A DNA stretch of 64,000 nucleotides from Amphiscolops sp. MND2022 (taxonomy: Eukaryota), in NCBI GenBank assembly GCA_964187785.1, contig OZ076413.1, forward strand, positions 72,354,001 through 72,418,000, read 5' to 3'. Each line of letters starts with the position of its first letter. Within the stretch, counting starts at the first letter, position 1. This document shows positions 34,259 through 45,770 of the stretch, piece by piece. Made by a program: the position numbers and the translations under genes. The notes beneath the pieces are model-generated. The model was not told where the DNA came from, did not search any database, and saw only the letters and a program-made list of their open reading frames with translations.

Positions 34259-37200
34259 TCACGGAACCAAGCTTGTGATCGGGCCGGGGATAGTGATATG
34301 ACTCCGGGGAGGACACTGGGATTCTTCCGGAGACTCCATGGGTCGAGGTCCACTAGGGGGTGTTAGTGAACAACGATGCAGTGGTCCCATTGGCGTGCCG
34401 TTGTTCGAGGGTACTGGTCGTGTCGACGACGGGGTGAGTGGTGATGAGCTTGAGGGAGCGGAGAAGGGTAAGGTAGGAGTTGATGCTACACCGGAACTGG
34501 GTCCACCTGACGACGGATAGCTGGCCGCCGGATGGTGCAACGAGGCAGTGTAGTGTTCACAGCCTTGATCGTGGTCTATTGTAGGCGGATTCTGAGTCGG
34601 AGGGGATTCCGCCCCGAGAAATGGTGTGTTTAGGTGACTTACGTTGCGTGTTGGAACGTTAGAGGTAGGTGGAGGTTCACGGAATAGTTTGAGGCGATCA
34701 TAATGAACGACAAGTCCTTTCATGGTTTTCAACTCCTGTATTTTGAATGTGATGTCGTCAATACGCTTCAAAATGTTATATGGGCCTCGCCAAGGACTGA
34801 AGGTTTTCGGAGATTTCCCTGGAAGGACAACAGGATTGTGCAGTGGAACTTTTTGACCTTCATTGTACAGAGGACTGTGCACCTTCCGGTTATAAATGGC
34901 ATTTCGACGTTTTTGATTGGAATTTAATGCGGTACGAGCTAGATCGTAAACTTTCAGGAAGGCTTGCTGTCTTTCATAGACGTAATTGTGATGGCTATCG
35001 GATCGATTGATGGCTATCGTTGGTTTTTCGATAAAGGTAGAGGTCCCATGAAATCGATACCGATGTGATGGAAGGGATAGCTGGCATGCCATTCGATCAA
35101 GGAATGTCGATGGTGTTTCGGAGGGTGATTACGTTTTTGACATTGTTCACATCGACTAACGAACAAACGAACGTCATCTTGGAATCCTGGCCAATAAAAG
35201 CGTTGACGAACTTTTTCAGTGACTTTAAAGCTACCCAGATGACCTCCGGTTGAAGAAGAGTGTAACGAAGTGAGAAGTGATTGGACCATAGAGACATGTA
35301 TCAATTGTTGCAAGACGTGCATGTTGGTTTTGAGTGTGAATTGACGACACAAAATGTTATTAGAAAGCACCAAACTTTCAAACCCATTCGCCAACTGCCA
35401 GAGCTTCCGCGGTTGTCCCTGGAGTTCGGAATTGCCAGGGGGCTTCCCGCGCGATACACAAGTTATCAAAAGCTTCAAATGCGGGTCTTCGCGCTGAGCT
35501 CGTTCTAAGTCAGTCAAGGAATGTTGCTCGTTCAACATCTTTTTTCCCTTGAGTGTTGTATCTGAATTATCAGAAGTGCCCGTCACATTTGAAGCTTGAG
35601 TTTGCATTTCGTTCTGTTGGGAGTCCAGCAAGAAAACAATGATCTGGATTGTTGAGGATCGAAAAACATCGTTGATGATGGCCTTCAGTTTGTTCCAATC
35701 AAGCCTGTCTAACCCACAACCTACACGGGGAAGACTAATATTTGTTATCCCATTTGTCTCTGCATGACTTCTCAATGCTTCGAGTGAAGTCCGTAGAGCT
35801 GTGTAGGTCGGTTTATGGTAGTAGCGAGCTTTTGTGATCAAATGGTAAACGAAACGACCGGGATCAGAGACCCATTGAGGCTATAAGACCATTTTGTCTA
35901 TTGCTTCTTTGTCAGGATACGTTGAAGGAAACGTTTGAAGTCAGCGGAGATACAGTGGGCTATTGAGTCCTTGCTTTGCAGGATGTCACCATAAACCTCA
36001 TTGTACTCGCAACTCCGTGCTGCTTTCGGCTGTGGTCGGTTAGGCCACTCTGAGTCGTTGTCGACTTCCACTGAACACTTTTTGAGCTTGAGGAGATGGC
36101 TTTTAGGCCTCTAAGAGGAGTCCTTGAAAGACCGTCCGCATGGCCAATTGTGTTTCCGCGGCGATGAATTACCTCATAGTTGAATGCTGCCAACTTTTCG
36201 AGCCAACGAGCTGTGAGAGAATCAGGGTCTTTAAAGTTATGGAGCCACTGTAAGGCTCGATGGTCAGTCACAATGAGAAAGTTTTGTCCCAGAAGATAGT
36301 GTTAAGTGGCGGGTAAAATGAACAACTGCCAAAAGTTCCCTTTTTGTGGCTGAGTATCTGGTTTGGGCCTTCGTGAGGGCTTTCGATGCGTAACAGATGG
36401 CCCGTTCTAGACCGTTCTGAACTAGGGCCAATACAGCTCCCATAGCTGTCAAACTCGCGTCCGTATACAGAATAAAGGGCTCCTTCATCGGAGGAAAAAC
36501 CAATATAGGTGTTGAAGTGAGTTTGTGTTTTGAAGCGTCAAAAGACTCTTGAGCTTCAGGAGTCCACTGGAATTCGGTCGCTGAGTCACTTCCTGCGTGA
36601 ATTGGTCTGGCAATCGCGGCGAAGTCCTTCTCGTACCGTCTATAGTAGGAGCAAAGTCCCAAGAAGGACTTGACTTTTGTGGGGTTATTAGGAACTGGAA
36701 AGGCTTTGACTGCTCTCACCTTGACCGGGTCAGCCTCGAGGCCATCTTTGCTGATGATGTGTCCGAGGAACGGAACACGAGTTCGGAAAAACTCACATTT
36801 GGTGGGGTTAATCTTTAAATTAGCGTTGCGAAACCGTTCCAAGACTGCTCTGAGGCGTTCAAGGTGCTCTTCAGCAGTTCGGGCAAAAATGATGCAGTCA
36901 TCTAAATAAGGGACTGTAATCTTCCAGGTGAGACCAATAAGGACACATTCCAATAAACTCTGGAATGTATTGGGGCTGCCGGTAAGTCCCATCGGCATCC
37001 GAAGCCATTTGTAGGATCCGAACGGTGTGCTGAAAGCAGTTAAATCTTGGCTTTGGACATCCATCGGTAACTGGTAGAAACCCCACGAAATGTCAATCGT
37101 CGTGAATAAACTACTTCCTTCTAAGGTATCGAAGATTTCTTCGATCGAAGGAATCGGCCAACAGGACTTGATTGTCTGATTATTTAGTTGTCGGTAGTCA

Positions 37201-38350
37201 ATCACCAGCCGGAGCTTGCCATTTTTCTTTGGAACAAGCATGGCGGGAGCGCTGTACGGGCTATGGCACGGGGTGATGAGCTCCTTTTCTAGGAAAGCGT
37301 CGATTTTTTTCGTAAGTCCTGTTTCAAATGAAGCGGCATTCTGCGATTTGGAAGTTTAATCGGACGAGACCCAGGATAGACATCTATTTTATGTGACGTA
37401 ACATCACACTTGCCAATATCCCCTTCGTTCTTTGAGAAAACATCCGAAAGTTCATCGATCAGTGCGCTGAATTGTGACTTGATTGGGGCATAAAGTTCGT
37501 GATCAATGGATCCCTTCACTAAATTTAGGTCGTATTTTTCATCAACCATATCCGTCATTTTCGTGTCATTTGCGAATCCCGTTTGGGCAGTTCCAATGTT
37601 CTGTATACGCTCCCTGGAAATAACTTCTGAACTTCCAAGTGTTGTATGTTTATGAACTGTAATAGGCGAGTCCCCAGAATTCTCGATAACAAGCGGGATA
37701 GTATCCTCCGTTAGTGTGAACAACATGTCCGGTGCTGTTAAATCTTTGCCATTGAACTTCTGATGAGGTTCAAACGATCCTACTAGCTCAACTGGGGATC
37801 GCTTCCAGTCAGGGATACAATCTGGGACGATCATTGAATGTCCTGCCGGAATACTGACTGTATGCCGTGCGATTACGCGGAATACTTGATCAAATGGGAT
37901 TTTGAATGTTTTGTGGTATAATGGTACCGATGAACCATGGGCAATCTGGAGCGTTTTCTTCGAGAACAAGGGATCACATTTATGATCTTCTAAAAAGTCC
38001 AGTCCAATTAGTCAATCTGCTTCCGATTTTGCCAAACCGTGAATTTGGTGATGGAAAATCTTTGAACCTATTTGGACAGGTAGGATTACGGTGCCACGGG
38101 TGTCTATAGGTAGTTGGTTAGCGGTTTTCAGGTGTGTGGTCGACGGGGTTAGTTGAAGTGCTCTTTGGGTCTGTAGGATGTCGAAAGTTTCGCTGCTAAG
38201 ACAAGAGACACTTGCTTCACTATCGCACACTGCTTCTATGGGGTGATCGAAAATGTGTAATTTCACAAAAACACTTCGATGGTCGACCACAGAGTTTAAC
38301 GTTTGCGTTGGTGGGTCTTTTGAAGTACCGTTGTCTGCTCGTCGACCCAT
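34259..38350 (-). pseudogene. pol: pol: protease, RT, RNase H, macrodomain, integrase (catalytic core deleted)
   Basis: PR VCDSEAS; RT LVIDYR, TAFST, MPMGL, YLDD; RH LYTDAS, RELLAV, TDHRAL; IN H..GHLG..RFYWPG..C..C and IDFMGPL. Several frameshifts. Confidence 0.92.
35630..36000 (-). CDS. TARG1/OARD1-like macrodomain inside pol
   Basis: GDIL..KDSIAHCISADFK...YHLITKARYYHKPTY..L..SLEAL.SH...NGITNISLPRVGCGLDRLDW closely follows TARG1 motifs (SLAHCIS, LITK, PRIGCGLDRL). Confidence 0.88.
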
Positions 38351-39590
38351 GGGCGTAGACGATTTCAGTTGAAAATTTCGGCGTTTTGACTACAGTCACT
38401 CGGCCACATTTGAAGCATGCTTTACATTTCTTTGAGTCATGGTTCGTTCTTTTACAGTGTTTGCATGGGGCTCTGGTGTCAACATTTCGGCCATTCGAGC
38501 GGTTTCCCGCACCATTCTGAGTGTGTCGTTTGTGATTTTGGTTTTTATGGTAGTTGTTAGTCTTCTTGTTCTCAAATCGACAAGCTCGACCTCTTTGGGA
38601 GTCAGTACTGCTCGCGCGCGACGCCGACTCGTGATTGGGAGTAGCACTTCGCTGCCGATTGTTTCTCTGCTCCGGTTTTGGCAATGCATTTCGAATGCCT
38701 TCAGTCAGGGTGCTGACCAAATCCTCCATGATTTGATGATTGGGCTGTTCAGGATGCTCACGGGAAATCCTGTTTACACTGCTTCAGCCGTAGTGTGACT
38801 AGAGGAGGGAGCGCATTTCTCGATTTCGAGAAACGAATTCAGCTCCATGGCTAAGGCCAAAGCATCGTCTGCAGTGACTGGTTTCGACTTGCGCAGCTCC
38901 CAGCGAAGGGTGGAATCACTCGAACCTTCGATGAAGCTGGTCAAAACAATTTGTTCGATTAGGTGGGGAAAGGCGCGATAAGCGCGACGCGCTAGAGTGC
39001 GAATGTCGCAAAGGAAGGCCGAAATATCTTGATTCGGTTGCTGGCGGGCTGCTTTCAATCGAGCTTTAAGGATATCGACGTTGGTAGTGTAATTTTACCG
39101 GAAGGCATCAACCAGCATAGTGAAATCAGTTTGTTGCGCGGCTGACACCGTAGTGTAAAAGTGCAACGCGTTGGCACGCAGACGAAGAGCAAAATAGTGA
39201 GGCCGATTATCGTGGGTAGTCGAATACCACCCAGAGAGTAATGCGGCTGTATTGAATTGCTGTAAATAGTCTTCAAGTCGCCTAAACCTGTGAAGCTTTC
39301 CGGCATCAAGCAAGAATGAAGGGGAGTTACGTAGGGCGTGCCACCCTGACCTAACGGGGTCGGGAAGGGTGTAACCGGTGTCACTCCCGGCGCTGTAGAC
39401 GAAGTGCTCGCAGTTGAAGAGGATGCCGTAGTCATAACAGGGGTGCTAGCTGAGCTAGAGGTAGTTGTTCACGTAGCAGGAGTGCTGGGGGTGGCTGCGG
39501 TTGGGCCACTGGCAGTAGCTGTGGTCGTAGTGGCCGCTGTTGGGCTGGTTGACAAGTTTTATTCGATTTTTTTTTCTGAAATTATGCACT
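38351..39590 (-). pseudogene. gag: gag (Thr/Ser-rich N-terminus, capsid domain, two zinc knuckles)
   Basis: PESFTG..D.EDYLQQF..AALLSGW, F..LR..AL..Y, F.EG...LRWEL and CKHCKRTNHDSKKCKACFKCGR. Frameshifted. Confidence 0.85.
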
Positions 39591-39593
39591 ATA

Positions 39594-40286
39594 TCAATGG
39601 TGGGGCTGAGTAAGCGTATTGGCATTCATTAGCATTAGCGGATCAGGTATGTAGTTTGCCAGGAATTCCATGTACGCTTTCCAAAGTTGAGCCAAAAGGG
39701 GGTACAAAATACGTTCGATTAACGGGACGTGGGTGAAAATCAGTTGAACGTTTTTGAAATTTCGCGGAACTGAGCCGATTTGTTGGTGGAAATGCTGTTG
39801 GAAATGTAAAGTTTCAAGGCGGTAGTGTAAGACTAGTTGGCTCGGTGTTAGCAAGGGTTCGGGGCGAAAAAGACGTGGAATTTTATGAAAACGTGCTTGA
39901 CAAAAATAACAGGGAATTAAAAGCTCTTGGGGTGCTGTGCGAGGTGAAGATGATAGCGGGAAACTGAAAAGATACATTGCGCAAAGCTATTTCGTTGACA
40001 ATTTTTCGATGGCCTGTGAGCAAATTGTTCGAGTAAGATGGACTTCAAAATCTACTCCGACTAATGCAATTATCACAAACAGTAGCGCGAGTACGACCAT
40101 GAAAAGAAATGTAGCAAATAAACAGGAGGTCGAAGGTGTTTGCGGAAAAAAATCGTTGTAGTCTCTACGAGGGTGGGGGTGATCTTGGGGGACGCGGAAC
40201 AACGTAAACGGGTGGGTTTCTAGAAGCGGAATAGCGTGCCGACATAATAAAACAATATGGAGCAATCTTCTAGTTAATATATTCAT
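39594..40286 (-). CDS. Two extra ORFs upstream of gag (99 aa with a TM helix; 127 aa with CxxC/His)
   Basis: ORFs 39987..40286 (LFATFLFMVVLALLFVIIALVGV) and 39594..39977 (CYFCQARFH...LHYRLETLH) lie between the PBS and gag on the element strand. Confidence 0.5.
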
Positions 40287-40356
40287 ATATTCAAATAAAA
40301 TTATAATAAGTATTTTTTTCTATGTACTCACGATTTGATAAAAAAAACTTAGGGGT

Positions 40357-40374
40357 ATCCTACAGGGTCAGCCA
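40357..40374 (-). promoter_or_regulatory. Putative primer-binding site
   Basis: TGGCTGACCCTGTAGGAT lies 2 nt inside the 5' repeat. It has the TGG + discriminator + 7 + 5 + AT layout of a tRNA 3'-end complement. Confidence 0.6.
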
Positions 40375-40376
40375 GG

Positions 40377-40621
40377 TAAGCTGTTTTGCAAAAGTGCCTA
40401 GTCATTTCCTGTCTTGTACGAGGATTGCTTTGTCATATTACTCCCGGAAATGTAGGTTTGCGTCCCGCAAATGAGGATCACAGGTCGATGAGCTCATGGA
40501 GAGACTTCAGAAGGGGGTCGCACCTGCGACACGTTCGTAGTCCTTGCTCTCGTCGGTGTACTCCGGCCAAGTCACAACAGCGATAGACTTCCAGTAGTTC
40601 GTGGTTAAGTAGAATACGTTT
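40377..40621 (-). repeat. 5' LTR (apparently truncated at its outer end)
   Basis: Direct repeat of 25955-26199. No TG start, and flanked by scrambled filler sequence. Confidence 0.8.
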
Positions 40622-41016
40622 TTTTTAATTAGAGAGTTTTTTAATACGTTAAGTAGAATAGTATTTTTTTTTAATTAAAGAGTTCTTTGAATGGATTCAT
40701 TGAGAACTGCTTGTAGACGGAAGGAAATTGAACGCGAATCTAAGTTTCCGGAAATCAGAGCTTCCGGTTGGTGTGAAAAAAGCTGAAGTTCAGTCACTTG
40801 TTGTTCATAAAAAACATGGAAAAATGTTGTCAATTTTGCCGTAACAGACTAAGCCAAATGGCACAATCGGCCAGTTAGGACGTCGGCGGCCGCTTGACCT
40901 AGGCTAGCACTTGTGAGTCAAGTAGTACATGTACCTCATGAAGTGAAGAGTGTTTGTGTTGTCTTGTGTTGTGTCTACTGATGAATGTTGTCTACCGCCG
41001 TGTTGTGCTTTGACAG

Positions 41017-41112
41017 GTCTGCACATTTCGCGATCCAAGAAGAAGCACGAGAACGAGAAGGACTTCCGCTCAGTGCACACGCTTCACATGGAACTGCAGC
41101 AGATCATGAAAG
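41017..41112 (+). CDS. GFAT: GFAT exon (96 nt)
   Basis: tgacag| ... |gtacag. Encodes GLHISRSKKKHENEKDFRSVHTLHMELQQIMKG, matching the GFAT linker (TLQMELQQIMKG). Confidence 0.92.
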
Positions 41113-42777
41113 GTACAGCCACCCATCAGTTCAATCTTAACCCAACCCCCCACCCTCAATCGGTTACTAGACATTTCGTCCAATGCATTTTCAACCGTTG
41201 ACAACTTCAACCTTATGCACTGTCGTCTTAAACTAATTTTGGCTAATTAGTCCTAATGCTGTTGAGTTTTTATTCAATTTTAACAATTGTTAGTATTGAA
41301 CACAACATGCTAAAATAATGATAATCATTCACGAGGAAGCCAAATGGAATCAAAAGTGGCCTAAAAGTTAGCATGATTGGTTTTAGAAATATATGAAGTG
41401 AAAGCAACCTAAAATGACTATATAACTAATTAGGATGAATTAGCCAAAATTAGTATAGGTTGAAATTGCAGAATGTCAGGTAGCTAGAAATGCAAAAGGT
41501 TGAATGTGCGAGCGGTTGAAATTGCATAGGATGAAATGTCCTGGCAACCCTCAAATATGTAATTCTCTGGTGTCCCCTGTCCCCGTAAGAAATGAATGCG
41601 AAGCAACGGTATAGAACAAACAGCAAACATCGGGGTTTTTGCGGCGTTTCATTGGGTTGGTTGGTTGGTTGTAAGTAAAGACCCAAAAAGTAATGTCCCA
41701 GTTTTCCTCCGCAATCTACTTTTCGGAGTAGTTTGAAAACCTCTGCTTTTTCTATTCTTGATGATTTTGCTGCTGTTCAACCAACCCCTTTGAAAAGAAT
41801 GCTGCCTCAGTATTTCGTCCGCGTGACCAAGTTGTTTCGATTCGATTCTTTTCAACATCGTTTCAGACATGCAGGCAGAATAGCTTGGATTTTGGAAGCT
41901 GCTGCTGTTGCCACGTTTGTTTGAATACTAGGCTGCTTACGTTACACCAGTCGAGTATTGCTACCAGCAGAATTGCTCTCGCGGTCATTGAGCCATGTAA
42001 TTACAGCAGTTGTTCTTCATAGATCATTCAAGTGAAATTTTTTACTTTGTCGCCAAGTGGCACGCCATTAAAAGACAGACTTGTTTGTATTTGATTTGGT
42101 TTGAGGAGTGAGTGAGTGGTTGGTTTATTGAGTTGGTTTGTTGTACAATACTTTGATTAAGAAATTGTCCCCTTCCCCTATGCGCTGAGCATCGTTATCA
42201 ACCAATTAGAATTGCGTATTTGCTCTCACTTTCAATTCTGATTGGCGCATCAAGTGAAATCTCCGGCGCAGAAAGAACACTTCTTCCAGTTTTGGGCAGG
42301 TTTTTGAAATATTTTTGTGAAAGTTTTAAATTCATCGAATTCTGCAGATTGTATAGAATTCAATGATATATTTTTTGTTTCAAAAACATTCTAAATGGAA
42401 AAATAATCGCAGTTTTCCGCCGCGAAACATTCATTTCCTATCTTAATACATGTAAATCGACGAAATTTTACCTTTCGAGCATGATATTTCAGAAACGGTT
42501 CATAATTTTTGAAATCGAAAAATATCCATAGATTCAGTAGATTTGTGCGAGTTAATTGAGCAGAAAACTTACCAAAAAAACTGTGGATAAAACTGTCAAA
42601 AATTGGTAAAACGGCAAAAAGCCCCAAATTTGCTCCAAATCAGCTAATTGTAACTTTCTCAATTTTTGTCCCAGAAAAGGTTAAAAAACACTAATGTAAA
42701 CTAGATGAAATTCTAAGAAAGTTTTATTTGTTATGTTTTTCAAAATTCTCAACAGATTTCGAGAAAATCGAGCCTAA

Positions 42778-43149
<372 letters not shown>

Positions 43150-43769
43150 TAAACACTTTAAAAAACAGTTTTTCCTGTTTTTTTTTCAGAAACTTCTTTG
43201 CAGTTGAATGAGGTCTAGTTTCTGACGGTTGCATTTGTTTGGTACTTTCTATCTTTTCCAGATCCGAATATCTCTGTGAAAGATGATATTTGGAAAAAAT
43301 TCAATGAAATGAAGATTTTCATGCTTTATGTTCCTTTGTTACATTTTTTACAATGGAATATTTGGCAATGAATGAAAAACCGTTGTTCATAACACGTTTT
43401 ACACGGTAGCTTTCCCCAAGAGGAAAAACAATAAAATACAAAAAAACAGTATATTTCGTTTAAAAACCTGTTCAAATCATTTTTCGTAAACAAAAACTGT
43501 ATAATTAACAACCTTGGTGAGTTCCCTTCAAACTTTTGCAACATTTCATAACTACTGCTCTTCGAAATAGGATTTTAAAGGTCTACAGTTTCAACCATTC
43601 ATAATACTAGCATTCAGTTATGGTGCAGCTGTTTTGATACGGTTGACTTTAAAAAGTACTTTGCAGCACAAGTTGGTCTAAAATCTGAATTGTGCTTTTT
43701 TAATTACAGAATTTTGAAACATAATTGTAAACAAGACACCGCTAAGCACCGGGGTGTTTTCCGCCACGT

Positions 43770-43850
43770 TAATTTTGGGCCCCAGCCCGGGTTCGAACCC
43801 ACGACCTATTTGCCAGGCTGACGCACTACTGACTGAGCCACGAGGTGACT
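43770..43850 (-). repeat. tRNA-derived SINE-like head
   Basis: Minus strand TGGCTCAGTCAG (A-box) ... GGTTCGAACCC (B-box). Confidence 0.55.
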
Positions 43851-44343
43851 ATAATGTCCACAGATTTAATTGGAGTAATAAAGTGGAGATTTCGCAGATT
43901 TCGCTAAATCTAATGCTCAGAAAGCGCAGTTTTTAAAATATGCGTGGGACGTTTCCGTGAAAAAAGTATTGGTTAATTGGGGACCCTTTTATGAAAAAAA
44001 AATTGAAAGTCTCACAGTGCCGAAAAAACTGGAAGGGGGACCCTTTGGGATTTTTCAACATCCATTCTGTCGGAAAATATCAAAAAAAAATGAAGGGGGA
44101 CCCTTTGGTGATTTTTTTTCGAAAAAAAAGTCTCACAGAGCCTTACAGAGTCTTACAGTTGTAAAAAAATGTAAGATTGTAAGAAAAGTGGACCATTCAG
44201 AGTGAGATTGTAGGCTGAAAAAAACTACGCACTGTAATAGTCGGGCTTTTTTCCTTAAGGGAAAAGGCGGCGACTAAAAACGCTACACAGATGGTAATTT
44301 TTCTCCCCCTACACAATAAATGGTGAGCACGGAAAATAACTAG

Positions 44344-44655
<312 letters not shown>

Positions 44656-44853
44656 TAATATAACCTAATATGATATAATATAATGTATAATATAATATAA
44701 TCTAACAATTTAATATAACATAATATAATATATTATAAAATACTATAATATAAATAATGTAACATAATATAATATAACAATACAATATAGTATAAAATAA
44801 TATTATATATAATATAATATAGAATAATATGATATAATATAATTTAATATAAT
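44656..44853. repeat. (TAATA/ATATA)n low-complexity microsatellite
   Basis: Directly visible degenerate AT pentamer repeats. Confidence 0.9.
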
Positions 44854-45116
44854 TGGGGGAGAGGGGGTACTAGGCACTACACTACTTGTACATGTATATA
44901 CATGTATTGGTACTACATTCACTTAGTATACTTGTATCAATCGGGCGAGTGAGTGGTTATCAGGGCTGTTCAAAAATTAACTGGAGATGTAAAAATCAAT
45001 TATCAAATTGAAAAACAATTAATTGAATGTTTCAGAATTAATTGGCAGTCATTTATCAGAGTCTGTTATTTTAATATTGTATGATAGTATGATCGTCCCA
45101 GAGTCGATGATTGACC

Positions 45117-45314
45117 TTAAGGAACAGTTGCGTCTCGAGGCCTGATGTTGACCCTCCCTCCATTGCGGAAAACACCGGTGTTGGAAACCTGAAAGGCCTG
45201 TCTTCCCAGTCTTCTAATATGACTGTCACCGATTATCAATGTTCTCTCATCCAATGAAGAAAATGTAATGGAGTGATCTCGTAAATAACAAGTGCTGAAA
45301 CGTTTGACACCCAC
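45117..45314 (-). pseudogene. SGNH-like ORF fragment
   Basis: TLIIGDSHIRRL is a GDS block-I motif, followed by GGR. Confidence 0.4.
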
Positions 45315-45770
45315 GTTTGAGCAAACAAATTAATTGCTTGAAACAGACCTGGAAAACAACACAATCAATAAATGAAGCTTCCAACCCAACCAGGATATTA
45401 ACGTTTCCACCATGAAACGCAAATTCTCATTATGAGGGAATGACATGACATGTGCGTGATCATGGAATGTTAAAACTGTACCATTTTCCAACAGTACATA
45501 TAATTGTTTAATAACTACATTAACTACTTCTTTTACTGGTAAAGAAATTGGAATTTCCTACTGTAGAGAAATAAGTGAAGGGAAATTAAAGAACCATTAC
45601 CAAGGGGTGAAGGATAAAAGTGCACAATGTTTATCCAAATATTTTCAATGAATCAAAATGTAAACATTTATGTAGGTGAAAGGGAAGTCACTTACTCTCA
45701 AATATTACTCACAAAAAAGCTGTTATTGCAATTGTGCAGCATGAATTGATTGATTCTCTGATTGATTGAG

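Larger units (their letters stand above)
25955..40621 (-). mobile_element. Complex env-bearing Ty3/gypsy LTR retroelement (errantivirus-like), defective copy
   Basis: 245-bp terminal direct repeats, a PBS-like 18-mer, and the order gag (CA, 2x CCHC), PR, RT, RH, macrodomain, IN, env, accessory ORFs. PR-RT-RH-IN is the gypsy order. Confidence 0.93.
7270..41016 (+). other. 33.7-kb GFAT intron containing the Polinton and gypsy insertions
   Basis: GT...AG ends. The flanking exons join in phase (GLG|G-LHISR) and follow the GFAT sequence with no missing segment. Confidence 0.85.

Noticed and set aside
25955-40621. DIRS/tyrosine-recombinase or Penelope element as the explanation for the odd termini
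   Set aside because: An aspartic protease, gypsy-type RT/RNase H, a zinc-binding DDE-type integrase N-terminus and a PBS are present, and no YR or GIY-YIG motif was seen.
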